Source of the DNA: Nitrososphaeria archaeon
Lineage (GTDB): Archaea > Thermoproteota > Nitrososphaeria > JACIWG01
Length of the DNA: 64,000 nt
Assembly (NCBI GenBank): GCA_049969935.1
Contig: JBMFNX010000001.1
Span: forward strand, 1,265 to 65,264
Direction: 5' to 3'
How positions within the stretch are numbered: the stretch's first letter is position 1; each line of letters starts with the position of its first letter. Position numbers and translations under genes: made by a program. Shown here in pieces: positions 37,705-48,164 of this stretch. The notes beneath the pieces were generated by a model, which had not been told where the DNA came from, did no database searches, and was given only the letters and a program-made list of their open reading frames with translations.

Positions 37705-40455
37705 ATGTCTGTTGACCCTAAAGAGTTTGAGCTTGAATACTTTAAGAGAAATGGGTTTATTAGACAAAAGTGTAAAGTTTGTGGCACATTTTTCTGGTCG
37801 CAAAAAATTACTGATGTATGTGGAGAAAGTCCCTGTGTAGAAAACACATTTATAGAAAAATCGCCGACCACCATTCATCTTGACTTAAACGGTGTTAGGG
37901 AGACATTTCTTAACTTTTTTAACAAACATGGACATACAATAATTGAACCATATCCTGTCGTCTGTAGATGGAGGGATGACCTTTTAGTTACCATTGCAAG
38001 TATAGTGGACTTTCAGCCTTATGTGACAAATGGGGAACTTCCACCACCAGCGAATCCTTTAGTTGTAAGCCAGCCCTGTTTAAGATTTGAAGACATAGAT
38101 AATGTGGGTATAACTTCTGGAAGACATCTCACAATATTTGAAATGGGAGGGGCGCATGCATTTAATTATCCAGGGAATGAAATATATTGGAAAGACCAGA
38201 CAGTAGAATACCATCATGACCTTATTACGAAAGTCTTTGGTGTAGAAAGTGAGAAGATTTCTTATAAGGAACATCTATGGTCTGGTGGAGGAAATGCTGG
38301 ACCGGCTGTTGAAGCAATCGTCGATGGACTTGAAATTTCAACTCTAGTTTTCATGTGCTATAAAATGGAAAATGGAAAATGGGTACCAACAGTTGTCAAA
38401 ACAGTTGACACAGGATATGGGTTAGAAAGGTGGGCATGGCTAAGCTTGGGAACACCAACAGCTTTCCATGCCATATTTGGACCACTCTTATCAAAATTTA
38501 TGGACATAATGGAAGTTGAATGTGAAAATAGAATCTTAGTGGAAACGGGAAAACTTTCTGGAGCATTAAATGTAGAAAGGCCTACACTATCTTATGAGAC
38601 CAGAAAACTTATTGCAAAAAGAATAGGAATCGCTGTTGAAGAATATCTTAGAATCATAGAGCCCTTTGAAAAAGTTTGCACACTCTTGGATCATACAAAA
38701 GCATTAATATTTTTATTAGCTGAAGGCGTTGTCCCGTCAAATGTAAGAACAGGGTATTTAGCTAGAATGCTTTTAAGAAGAATTTATAGGATATTGTGCG
38801 AATTTGGGCGTGAAAACCAGCTTTCTGAACTATTAGAATATCAGATAGGTTACTGGGGAAGATATTTTAGAAATTTGGAAATAAATAAAAATGAAATATT
38901 AAAGCTTGCAGAAGTTGAAATTGGGAAATATAGAAGAACTTTAGAAAGGGAAATGGATTATATCATAAAAAAGTTGAATCATTTAAAAAAAGAGGGAAAA
39001 AGTGAAGTTCCAAAGGAGATGATCATTGAAGCATACGAATCACATGGAATACATCCTTCTCAGCTTAAGGAACAGGCAATTAGATTGGGGTTAAGGACTG
39101 AGATCCCACAGGACTTTTTTGCTTCAATTGTAAAAATGCATACAAAAAAGGTAAAGGAAACAGAGGAAAAAGATGAACTTGAAAAAATGTTAATAGAGAA
39201 AAATATTCCTCCAACAGAAAAAATATTTTATGAAAATCCAAAACTTTTACAGTTTAATGCAAAGGTAATATTTGCATATAATAATAAAATAGTTTTGGAT
39301 AGGACAGCATTTTATGCAGAAGGTGGTGGACAGTTATCAGATATTGGAAAAATTGTTTGGGAAAATGGAGAAACAATTGTTAAATATGTGAAGAAGGTTG
39401 GTGGAATAATTGTACATGAAGTCAATAACTCGCCACCAATTAATACTGAGATCACAGGCTACGTTGATAAAGAAAGAAGAGAGCAGTTATCAATACATCA
39501 TACAGCAACACATATAATTAATGGGGCTGCGCGGAAAGTTTTAGGAGAACATGTTTGGCAGGCAGGAGCACAAAAGAACGTTGACGAAGCACACCTAGAC
39601 ATCACACACTATACAAACATCACGGATGAAGAAGTTAGTAGAATAGAGGATATAGCAAACGAGGTAGTAAGAAAAAACATTAGGGTTGAGATATTCAATT
39701 TACCTAGATTAGAGGCAGAAAGGAAATATGGGTATAGACTTTACCAAGGTGGAGTTGTACCAGGGAAGGAGATAAGGATAGTAAAGATAGGAGAACATGA
39801 TGTAGAAGCTTGTGGTGGAACCCATGTTTTAAGCACTGGTGAGATTGGATTTATTAAAGTGATCAAAGTTGAACATATACAAGATGGTATCGAGAGAATA
39901 GTTTTTACAGCGGGAAAAGCAGCACTTAAAAGAGTGCAAGAGACCTTCGAAATTATAAAGAATATTTCAAAACAAATTAATGTACCCTCTGAAGGTTTAA
40001 TAGAAGCTATTGAAAAAATTGTAAAGGAAGATGACGAAGTAAGGAAAAGGATAAGGCGATACTCTAAGAGATTATCTGAATATGCACTTCCTTACATTAG
40101 AGATAAAGCTGAACATCTTATGGGAATTAGAGTATATTATGTTATAGATAATGAATTGGAAGAAAGTACGCATATTGATATTGGGAGCGCTGCTATAGAG
40201 AAGATGCAAGACCTACTTTATTGTGCATTAATTCCAGTAAACAATGTTGTACAGGTTATAGTTTTTTCAGGTACCCAAGTCCAAGAGAAAAATGTTTCAG
40301 CAAGGGATGTTGCAAATTTTATAGCAAATCAACTTGGTGGAGCTGCTGGAGGGGATAAAAGATTTGGTAGAGGGGGAGGAAGGAATATGGATAATTTAAA
40401 TATGATTAAAGAGAAGGTTTTAGATTACTTGAGGGAAAAGATGGTGAAAAATTAA
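37705..40455 (+). CDS. alaS: alanine--tRNA ligase
   Basis: TIASIVDFQP, GRHLTIFEM, DTGYGLER, HTATH, EACGGTH. Confidence 0.98.
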   Translation: MSVDPKEFELEYFKRNGFIRQKCKVCGTFFWSQKITDVCGESPCVENTFIEKSPTTIHLDLNGVRETFLNFFNKHGHTIIEPYPVVCRWRDDLLVTIASIVDFQPYVTNGELPPPANPLVVSQPCLRFEDIDNVGITSGRHLTIFEMGGAHAFNYPGNEIYWKDQTVEYHHDLITKVFGVESEKISYKEHLWSGGGNAGPAVEAIVDGLEISTLVFMCYKMENGKWVPTVVKTVDTGYGLERWAWLSLGTPTAFHAIFGPLLSKFMDIMEVECENRILVETGKLSGALNVERPTLSYETRKLIAKRIGIAVEEYLRIIEPFEKVCTLLDHTKALIFLLAEGVVPSNVRTGYLARMLLRRIYRILCEFGRENQLSELLEYQIGYWGRYFRNLEINKNEILKLAEVEIGKYRRTLEREMDYIIKKLNHLKKEGKSEVPKEMIIEAYESHGIHPSQLKEQAIRLGLRTEIPQDFFASIVKMHTKKVKETEEKDELEKMLIEKNIPPTEKIFYENPKLLQFNAKVIFAYNNKIVLDRTAFYAEGGGQLSDIGKIVWENGETIVKYVKKVGGIIVHEVNNSPPINTEITGYVDKERREQLSIHHTATHIINGAARKVLGEHVWQAGAQKNVDEAHLDITHYTNITDEEVSRIEDIANEVVRKNIRVEIFNLPRLEAERKYGYRLYQGGVVPGKEIRIVKIGEHDVEACGGTHVLSTGEIGFIKVIKVEHIQDGIERIVFTAGKAALKRVQETFEIIKNISKQINVPSEGLIEAIEKIVKEDDEVRKRIRRYSKRLSEYALPYIRDKAEHLMGIRVYYVIDNELEESTHIDIGSAAIEKMQDLLYCALIPVNNVVQVIVFSGTQVQEKNVSARDVANFIANQLGGAAGGDKRFGRGGGRNMDNLNMIKEKVLDYLREKMVKN

Positions 40456-43298
40456 TGTTAGAGTATGAGGAAAAATGGATTGAGGCTTGGAAAAAAGATA
40501 GAGTATTTGAGGCAGATAGAGATGTTTCTAGAGAAAAACTTTTTGTGAATGCACCATTTCCCTACATGAATGGACCACTACATATTGGTCATGCCTTTAC
40601 CTATACCAGGTTAGATGCTTATGCAAGATATAGAAGAATGAAAGGGGACAACGTCCTATTTCCCTTTGCATGGCATTGGACTGGTGAAGCTGTCGCTGGA
40701 CAATCAGTTAGATTAAAAAAAGGAGACCCGACTGTAATAAAAGCTTTTGTGGAAATTGATGGAATACCTCCAGAGGAGCTTGAAAAATTTACATCACCCT
40801 ATAATTTGGCTGAATATTATACTAGAGTCAGTAGAGAAGCACTCTATAAACTTGGGCTTTCAATAGACTGGCGTAGAGAATTTTTTACTACAAGCTATAA
40901 CAAGGGATTCAGTAAATTTATAGAATGGCAATATCTTAAACTAAAGGAAAAAAATTTTGTTATAAAAGGATCTCATCCTGTTGTATGGTGTCCTTCAGAT
41001 CAAAGCCCTACAGGCGATCACGATAGACTTGAAGGAGAAGGCGTGTCCCCTGAAGAATTTTATTTAGTTTTCTTTAAAATGGACGAATATTTTTTGGCAG
41101 CGGCCACCTTTAGACCCGAAACCATATATGGTGCAACAAATGTATGGATTCTTCCCGAAGGAGAATATGTTAAGGCGGAAATTGATAATGTAAAACTTGT
41201 AATAAGCCGGGAAAGCCTTACCAAGTTTATTGAGCAGGAGAGAAATGTAAAAACAATTGAAACCTTTTATGGAAAAGAATTGATAGGAAAAGAATGTGTT
41301 GTACCCTTAGCTGGACATAAAATTCCCATTTTACCTGCAAGCTTCATCGACCCAGCTTACGGAACAGGAATAGTGTATAGTGTACCAGCACACGCGCCCT
41401 ATGATTGGCTAGCTTTAAGAGATCTACAGAGGGCTTCAAATGAAAAGTTGAAGGAAATTGCTGCTAAAATAAAACCAATTTCCATAATTAAAGTTGAAGG
41501 TTTCGGCGAGTATCCTGCTATTGAGATAGTGGAACAAATGGGAATAAAAGATCAAAATGATAAGCGGGCTGAGAAAGCAACAGAGATCATATACAGCAAA
41601 GAATTTCACACGGGGATAATGAAGGAAAATTGTGGAATCCTAAGTGGAATGCCAGTTAGGGAAGCTAAGAATAAAGTGATAGAAACTTTAATACAGCAAG
41701 GTTTAGGCGATAAAATTTATGATCTACCTCAAATAGTTAGATGTAGATGTGGGACAAGATGTATCGTCAAGATACTAAGGGATCAATGGTTTTTAAACTA
41801 TAGTAACCCAGAATGGAAAGAAAGAGTTCGCCAGCACGTTAAAACAATGAAGATCTTACCAGAAGAAGCAAGAGCTTGGATTTATGCTACAGTTGATTGG
41901 CTTAACAATTGGCCTTGTACAAGAAAAACGGGAATGGGCACCCCACTTCCATGGGATAAGGAATGGATTGTTGAAACACTAAGTGATTCCACAATTTATA
42001 TGGCATATTACATTGTAAGCAAATACGTGAACAGTGGAGAAATAGATCCTGAACAGATGACCAAAGAATTTTTTGACTACGTGTTTTTAGGTGAAGGCAA
42101 AATAGAGGAAGTTTCAAAAAAGACTGGAATAGATGTAAATATTTTAAAGAATGTCCGAGAAGACTTCCTTTATTGGTATCCAGTAGATTTAAGAAACTCT
42201 GCTAAGGAGTTAATTCCAAATCATTTAACATTTTTTATCTTCCATCATGTGGCAATATTTCCAAAAGAAATGTGGCCTAAAGGAATAAGTGTAAATGGAA
42301 TGATTACAATAGAAGGTAAAAAAATGTCAAAATCGAAGGGAATATTCACTACAATTTCAAAAGAAATAAGAAAATATGGAGCGGATGTTGTAAGAGCAGC
42401 ATTAATTTATGGCGCAGAGGGAATGGATGATCCTGACTGGAACGAGAATATAGCAAAGCTTATGGAGCAAAAAATTGCGTCCTTATTCGAGTTTGTAAAT
42501 GAAATAAGAGAGATTTCAAGTTATAGGGAAAAAGATTTTCCGGAAAAATTGTTACTTGCAGAAGTTAAGAATATGATTCAACTTGTTGAAAAAAATCTGG
42601 AGCAAATGAAGACAAAGACTGCCTTCCAAATTGCATTCTTTGACATACCAAATGTTATAAAAAGGTATCTTAGGCAGGTTTCTGTACCAGAAAAGGATAC
42701 ACTCGAAGAAGTTCTAGAGTACTGGATAAAGGTGATGGCACCATTTATTCCATTTACATGCGAGGAAATTTGGCATCTTATTGGAAGACAAGGATATATT
42801 TCTTTAGAAAAATGGCCGGCATTAAAGGTAAGTGAGGAAGACAGTAGAGTTCTTTTTGAATATAAACTTATAGAGAAACTTTTAGAGGACGTAAAGGAAA
42901 TAAAGAAGGTGACAAAAACTGAGCCAAAAACACTATACATATATGTTGCAGCACATGAGCTGACGAAGGCATTTTTAAAATATGTAACCTATATTGAGGA
43001 GGGATTAACTACAAAAGAGGCTGTAAAAAAGATTTATGAAGAAATCCCAGAAAACTTAATCGGGAGCGTGCCTCAATTAATTAAACTGGCCACCATATTA
43101 GAAAAAAATTTACTTAATGAAGTAAGAAAGATAGAAGATTTTGACGAATACCAAGTATACGATAAGAGTAAAGAATATTTAGAAAAGGAAACTGGCATGA
43201 AAATTAGAATACATTACTCAAATGAGCAAGACAAGTATGATCCAAAAAATAAGGCTAAAAACGCTTTACCACTAAAACCAGCACTTTACCTAGAATAG
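40455..43298 (+). CDS. leuS: leucine--tRNA ligase
   Basis: FPYMNGPLHIGH, ATFRPET, KELIPNHL, KMSKS. Confidence 0.98.
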   Translation: MLEYEEKWIEAWKKDRVFEADRDVSREKLFVNAPFPYMNGPLHIGHAFTYTRLDAYARYRRMKGDNVLFPFAWHWTGEAVAGQSVRLKKGDPTVIKAFVEIDGIPPEELEKFTSPYNLAEYYTRVSREALYKLGLSIDWRREFFTTSYNKGFSKFIEWQYLKLKEKNFVIKGSHPVVWCPSDQSPTGDHDRLEGEGVSPEEFYLVFFKMDEYFLAAATFRPETIYGATNVWILPEGEYVKAEIDNVKLVISRESLTKFIEQERNVKTIETFYGKELIGKECVVPLAGHKIPILPASFIDPAYGTGIVYSVPAHAPYDWLALRDLQRASNEKLKEIAAKIKPISIIKVEGFGEYPAIEIVEQMGIKDQNDKRAEKATEIIYSKEFHTGIMKENCGILSGMPVREAKNKVIETLIQQGLGDKIYDLPQIVRCRCGTRCIVKILRDQWFLNYSNPEWKERVRQHVKTMKILPEEARAWIYATVDWLNNWPCTRKTGMGTPLPWDKEWIVETLSDSTIYMAYYIVSKYVNSGEIDPEQMTKEFFDYVFLGEGKIEEVSKKTGIDVNILKNVREDFLYWYPVDLRNSAKELIPNHLTFFIFHHVAIFPKEMWPKGISVNGMITIEGKKMSKSKGIFTTISKEIRKYGADVVRAALIYGAEGMDDPDWNENIAKLMEQKIASLFEFVNEIREISSYREKDFPEKLLLAEVKNMIQLVEKNLEQMKTKTAFQIAFFDIPNVIKRYLRQVSVPEKDTLEEVLEYWIKVMAPFIPFTCEEIWHLIGRQGYISLEKWPALKVSEEDSRVLFEYKLIEKLLEDVKEIKKVTKTEPKTLYIYVAAHELTKAFLKYVTYIEEGLTTKEAVKKIYEEIPENLIGSVPQLIKLATILEKNLLNEVRKIEDFDEYQVYDKSKEYLEKETGMKIRIHYSNEQDKYDPKNKAKNALPLKPALYLE

Positions 43299-43359
43299 AA
43301 TACTATAACATTATTTAGCATAAAGATTAAATATGGTTGGAAGATAATCTTCCAAATAC

Positions 43360-43920
43360 ATGGAAATAGAATTGAATAATTGTAAAATTAAAATTATACA
43401 AGGGGATATAACAGAACAAAATGTAGATGCCATAGTTAATGCGGCTAATCCAACTCTTATGAGCGGAGGTGGAGTTGATGGAGCAATACATCGTAAAGGG
43501 GGGAGTAAGATACTTGAAGAATGTAAACAAATAAGAACTACATTATATCCTAACGGGCTTCCAACTGGAGAGGCAGTTATAACTTCAGGAGGAAAATTGA
43601 AAGCAAAATATGTTATACATACTGTTGGCCCAATTTGGAAAGGTGGAAATAGTAATGAGGCTGAACTTTTATCTAACGCATATAAGAATTCATTAAAGAT
43701 TGCAAAGAGTCGAGGACTAAAAAGTATTGCCTTCCCTTCAATCAGTACAGGAGCTTACAGGTATCCTATAGAAAAAGCGAGCATAGTAGCATTAAGCACA
43801 GTTAAAGAATTTTTAGAAAAAGAGGATGAATTAGAAGAAGTAATATTTGTACTCTTTTCAAAAAAGGATCTCGAAATATATGAACAAAATGCAATTGAAA
43901 TATTTGGTTTGAGCAAATAG
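43360..43920 (+). CDS. macrodomain protein (O-acetyl-ADP-ribose deacetylase, MacroD-like)
   Basis: [32 protein letters not shown]. Confidence 0.95.
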   Translation: MEIELNNCKIKIIQGDITEQNVDAIVNAANPTLMSGGGVDGAIHRKGGSKILEECKQIRTTLYPNGLPTGEAVITSGGKLKAKYVIHTVGPIWKGGNSNEAELLSNAYKNSLKIAKSRGLKSIAFPSISTGAYRYPIEKASIVALSTVKEFLEKEDELEEVIFVLFSKKDLEIYEQNAIEIFGLSK

Positions 43921-43932
43921 AGAATAAGGTTA

Positions 43933-44010
43933 TGGTGGACCGGGTGGGACTTGAACCCACGACCTCTCCCATGCCAAGGGAGCATAACTACCAGCCTGTA
44001 CTACCGGCCC
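43933..44010 (-). tRNA. tRNA-Ala(GGC)
   Basis: G3:U70 acceptor pair, CTCCC-TTGGCAT-GGGAG anticodon arm, encoded CCA. Confidence 0.96.
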
Positions 44011-44108
44011 ATTTCCTCTCACTGCAAACCATATACTACTTTTATTTAAATTCTTTTATTGTTATAAGTTTAAATCTTTTATTTTACTAACCCCTAAAGG
44101 TATCATGT

Positions 44109-44183
44109 GCGACCGTAGTCTAGTCTGGTCTAGGACGGGAGCCTGCCACGCTTCTGACCCGGGTTCAAATCCCGGCGGTCGCA
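44109..44183 (+). tRNA. tRNA-Gly(GCC)
   Basis: GCGACCG...CGGTCGCA, loop CT-GCC-AC. Confidence 0.96.
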
Positions 44184-44267
44184 CCTATTTATCTAGAGTT
44201 ATTCACTTGCGCATCATATTTAGTAATATGTACATTAATGCACACATCTGTGGGAAACTTTTTAAAA

Positions 44268-45074
44268 CTAGGGAGTGTATTTTCTTGCAGCTCTGTTAGC
44301 GATTAAAGCCGCTGCCACGCCAGCTGAAACACCATTGTCTATGTTAACGATAAGAAGACCGGGGGTACAAGATTGTAACATTGCGAGAAGTGATGCTATA
44401 CCCATTCCGCCTAAACCATATCCTATGGATGTTGGTACCCCTATTACAGGTACGTTTACAAGGCCTGCTACAACGGAGGGTAAGGCACCCTCTCTTCCTG
44501 CAACAACGATTATAACGTCTACATCTTCTTCTATCATTCTTTTTAGTTCTGGTAAAAGTCTATGGATTCCTGCAACACCAACATCGTATGCGGTCAAAAT
44601 TTTGCAGCCCATTTCTTCTAAAACTACTTTAGCTTCCTCAGCTACTGGAATATCCGCTGTACCCGCTGTTAATATTCCAACTTTACCGCCCTTTTTGCTT
44701 GCAGCAAAATTCTTTTTCTTTAAAACAACCATTTTTGCCTCCTTATTTATTCTAATAAAAGCTTTCTCATTTCCAATTTCACTTTCTATCCTTTTTATAC
44801 ATTCATCATTTACCCTGCTTATAATAACTCTACCCCTAGATTCAAGGGCTACTAAAGCTATTTTAACAACTGCATCTGAACTCTTACCTTCAGCCAATAT
44901 TATTTCAGGCACACCACTTCTATCTTCTCGCCCACTATCAAATTTAGCTAATCCTTCAACCTCATTAATAGCTAATAAATGTATCTCCTTTTCAGCTTCT
45001 TCTATTGAGATAGTTCCCTTAACCAATTTTTCTAATACTTCACGCACACTCATTTTACGTCTATAAAAGGACAT
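44268..45074 (-). CDS. larB: nickel-pincer cofactor biosynthesis protein LarB
   Basis: GVPEII.AEGK, AGTADIPVAEEA, DVGVAGIHRL, PTSIGYG, VNIDNG. Confidence 0.95.
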   Translation of the reverse strand: MSFYRRKMSVREVLEKLVKGTISIEEAEKEIHLLAINEVEGLAKFDSGREDRSGVPEIILAEGKSSDAVVKIALVALESRGRVIISRVNDECIKRIESEIGNEKAFIRINKEAKMVVLKKKNFAASKKGGKVGILTAGTADIPVAEEAKVVLEEMGCKILTAYDVGVAGIHRLLPELKRMIEEDVDVIIVVAGREGALPSVVAGLVNVPVIGVPTSIGYGLGGMGIASLLAMLQSCTPGLLIVNIDNGVSAGVAAALIANRAARKYTP

Positions 45075-45145
45075 ATAGTTTGCCTTTTTAAAATTTTTAA
45101 TTTAATGTTTATTTACTTCAAAAAGTTTAGCTATTATGTTCAGAG

Positions 45146-46384
45146 TTGGCTAGAAGAACGGTTTTTGTAGACTGTATGACGGCAGGAATTTCTGGAGATA
45201 TGCTTTTAGGAGCGTTGGTTGACCTTTACCCTCAAACATCAATTTTATCTGAAGTTGCAGATGTGATAAAAAACAATTTTATGACTGTTAAAAGAATATG
45301 TTTTAAAGTCGAAAATGTTTACAGGTGTGAGATAGCGGCTAAGAGAGTTGTAGTTGACTTAGAAGAAGAAAAAAATTTAACTGGAAAACAGCTTCAGGAA
45401 GGTTTAATCAAATGTATTAGAGAATTAAATCTCTCGCAGCGTATGAGTTCCTTTGCAATTTCAACTTTGAATACATTGATAGAGGCTGAATTAAAGGTGC
45501 ATGGAAGAAGTTCTGAAGACATAGAGCTTGACGAACTGGGCTCAATTGACACTATTTTCGATATCATTGGGGCTGCATATCTCATTCAAAAATTGGAGTT
45601 AGAGGATGCCATGTTTTTATCTTCACCAGTTTCAGTGGGAGGAGGTTATGTGAATTTTTCGCATGGCAGAATTGCGGTACCAGCTCCTGCAACTTTAGAA
45701 ATTTTAAGCTCAAAAAAATTTCCTATCATTGGTAAAGATGTAGATGCTGAACTTACAACACCAACGGGTGCAGCGATTATAGTTAATCTTGCTGAAAAGG
45801 CTTTAACAGAATACCCGTTAATTAGGGTTTCAATGACTGGATATGGGGCGGGATTCAGGGAATTTAAAGAATTTCCTAATGTCACAAGAATTATTGTTGG
45901 AGAGATTTTAGATAGAGGTACAAAAATGGAGGAAATATTTTTGATTGAAACCAACTTGGATGATGTTACAGGCGAAACTTTAGGCTATCTTATGGGAAAA
46001 CTTTTTGATGAAGGCGCAAGGGATGTCTGTTTTATTCCAGTTTATTCGAAGAAAAATCGTCCTGCCCACATCGTTAGAGTTATGGTGGATGAAGAGAAAA
46101 TGGAGCGGTTAGTAGAAGTTTTGGTTAAAGAAACAGGGAGTCTAGGAGTTAGAATTGAAAAATCGCATAGATATGTTTTGGATAGGGAAAATGTTGAGGT
46201 AAAGTTGTCTTCTGAACTGGGACAAGAGATTGTTAGAGTCAAGGTGGCAAAAGATGGTGAGGGAAAAATTATAAATTTTAAACCAGAATATGAGGATGTT
46301 AAGCGGGTTGCAGAAAAAACTGGTAAACCATTAAAGGATGTGTTTGAGATTGTTAAACACATTTTCAGAGAACAGTATGGATAA
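45146..46384 (+). CDS. larC: nickel insertase LarC (fused C1-C2)
   Basis: AGISGDMLLGAL, ELTTPTGAA, ETNLDD, KKNRP, KPEYED. Confidence 0.95.
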   Translation: MARRTVFVDCMTAGISGDMLLGALVDLYPQTSILSEVADVIKNNFMTVKRICFKVENVYRCEIAAKRVVVDLEEEKNLTGKQLQEGLIKCIRELNLSQRMSSFAISTLNTLIEAELKVHGRSSEDIELDELGSIDTIFDIIGAAYLIQKLELEDAMFLSSPVSVGGGYVNFSHGRIAVPAPATLEILSSKKFPIIGKDVDAELTTPTGAAIIVNLAEKALTEYPLIRVSMTGYGAGFREFKEFPNVTRIIVGEILDRGTKMEEIFLIETNLDDVTGETLGYLMGKLFDEGARDVCFIPVYSKKNRPAHIVRVMVDEEKMERLVEVLVKETGSLGVRIEKSHRYVLDRENVEVKLSSELGQEIVRVKVAKDGEGKIINFKPEYEDVKRVAEKTGKPLKDVFEIVKHIFREQYG

Positions 46385-47183
46385 AATTATGGATTTGTTG
46401 ATAGAAAATATTAGGTTAAGAAAGAAGATTATTGTAGCACTTTCAGGAGGGGTTGACAGTTCTGTTGTCGCAGCACTAGCATATAAAGCATTAGGAGAAA
46501 ATTCTTTAGCCATAACAATCAGTTCACCTCTTACCCCATCTTCGGACCTAAAGGATGCTGAAGATATTGCAAAATATATTGGTATAAAACATATTGTGAT
46601 CGAAATGAATGAATTAACTATTCCAGAAATTGAAATGAATCCTCCAAGTAGATGCTATCTGTGTAAGTACTTCAGGTTTAAAAACTTAATTGAGTATGCT
46701 AATAAGATTGGGATACAAACTGTAGCGGATGGGACAACAGTCGATGACCTTAACGAATACAGGCCAGGATTAAAGGCGATACGTGAACTTAATGTATACA
46801 GTCCCTTACTTGAGGTAGGATTACGTAAAAAGGATGTAAGAGATATTGCAAAATCCTTAAACCTTCCCATATATAATAAACCTTCTAACGCATGCCTTGC
46901 TACTAGAATACCCTATAACGAAAGATTAACTGTTCAAAGGTTAAGGAGAATTGATGCCGCAGAAAAAATTTTAAAAGATACAGTAAACGTGAAAGTTTTA
47001 AGAGTAAGAGACCATGTAACTATTGCAAGAATTGAGGTTTCGCTGGAAGATTTGCCAAATATTATTCTTGGAAATGTTAGAGAAAAGATTGTTCAATCCC
47101 TAAAAGGCTTAGGCTACGAATTTGTCACTGTAGATTTATCAGGATATGGATTCGGCTGCTACGATAAAAGTATTACTAAATAA
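46377..47183 (+). CDS. larE: sulfur transferase LarE
   Basis: PP-loop SGGVDS, RCYLCK, YRPG, ACLATRIPY, LRVRDH. Confidence 0.95.
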   Translation: MDKIMDLLIENIRLRKKIIVALSGGVDSSVVAALAYKALGENSLAITISSPLTPSSDLKDAEDIAKYIGIKHIVIEMNELTIPEIEMNPPSRCYLCKYFRFKNLIEYANKIGIQTVADGTTVDDLNEYRPGLKAIRELNVYSPLLEVGLRKKDVRDIAKSLNLPIYNKPSNACLATRIPYNERLTVQRLRRIDAAEKILKDTVNVKVLRVRDHVTIARIEVSLEDLPNIILGNVREKIVQSLKGLGYEFVTVDLSGYGFGCYDKSITK

Positions 47184-47197
47184 ATAAAAAGTAATAT
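47170..47197. promoter_or_regulatory. NikR-type operator overlapping the cbiM/nikM promoter
   Basis: GTATTA-N16-TAATAT inverted repeat abutting TATA-like TTTATTAA, about 23 nt upstream of the ATG. Confidence 0.7.
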
Positions 47198-47226
47198 TTA
47201 TTAACTTTTTTATGTAAGCATTAAGC

Positions 47227-47874
47227 ATGCATATTCCAGACGGTTTTCTGGACCCAACAATATCAATAGTAACATACATAATTTTTCTAGCATTTTTCGC
47301 ATATGCATTTAAAAGAATACGGAATAGCTTTACCACAGAAAATGTTAATTTGATAACTGTTCTTGCAGCTGGAATTTTTGTTGCACAAATGCTTAACTGG
47401 CCTCTTCCAGGAGGAACAAGTTTACATTTTGTTGGAGGAGCTCTTGCAGGAATAGTTGCTGGACCATGGCTTGGTTTTCTAACAATGTTTTTTGTACTTT
47501 TAATTCAATGCTTAATATTTCATGATGGTGGAATAACTGCCTTGGGAGCCAATAATATTAACATGGCGATTATTGCCGTTTTCACAGGATATCTTATATA
47601 CACCACTTTAGTGAAATTTTTTGGAGAAAAAGATTCCGTTAGAATTTTTTCAGCGTTTATTGGAGGATGGATCAGCATAACTTTAGCAGGATTAGCTTGT
47701 GGTATAGAAATTGGATTTTCCCTAACATTTCCATACGGTCTAAGTACAACCGTTCCAGTGATGACTTTATGGCATCTTGGTTTAGGAGTTATTGAGGGAG
47801 CGATAACGGCTTTAATAGTGTTATACTTGTTTCATAGAATACCGCATTTAGTATATGCTGGGGTGAAAAAATGA
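47227..47874 (+). CDS. cbiM: Ni/Co ECF transporter S component CbiM/NikM
   Basis: N-terminal MHIPDGFL, GTSLH, DGGITALGAN. Confidence 0.95.
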   Translation: MHIPDGFLDPTISIVTYIIFLAFFAYAFKRIRNSFTTENVNLITVLAAGIFVAQMLNWPLPGGTSLHFVGGALAGIVAGPWLGFLTMFFVLLIQCLIFHDGGITALGANNINMAIIAVFTGYLIYTTLVKFFGEKDSVRIFSAFIGGWISITLAGLACGIEIGFSLTFPYGLSTTVPVMTLWHLGLGVIEGAITALIVLYLFHRIPHLVYAGVKK

Positions 47875-48164
47875 GTTTTGCTAGAGCGTGGTTTTTGATA
47901 ATACTCTTGCTTTTAGTGAGCCCTCTATTTGGTGTTATTTTAGCTAATGCTGTAGGATATCATGAACCATTAGACCTTGCAGCAGAACTCTTGAATAAAC
48001 CTGACTTGACAGAAGATATTAATTGGACACCATTCCTAGATTATAGCGTACCGGGAGTCCCCTCCGAAATAGGATACATTATTTCAGGATTTATAGGAAT
48101 AACATTAATACTTTCTTTAGGAACCTTATTGAGAAAAATTGTTACAAAGGGACGGTTAGATTGA
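47871..48164 (+). CDS. NikN-like accessory ECF membrane component
   Basis: Two TM helices flanking EPLD...PFLDYSVPG. Confidence 0.8.
   Translation: MSFARAWFLIILLLLVSPLFGVILANAVGYHEPLDLAAELLNKPDLTEDINWTPFLDYSVPGVPSEIGYIISGFIGITLILSLGTLLRKIVTKGRLD

Noticed and set aside
44275-45066. 263-aa plus-strand ORF
   Set aside because: Antisense shadow of larB; no motifs of its own
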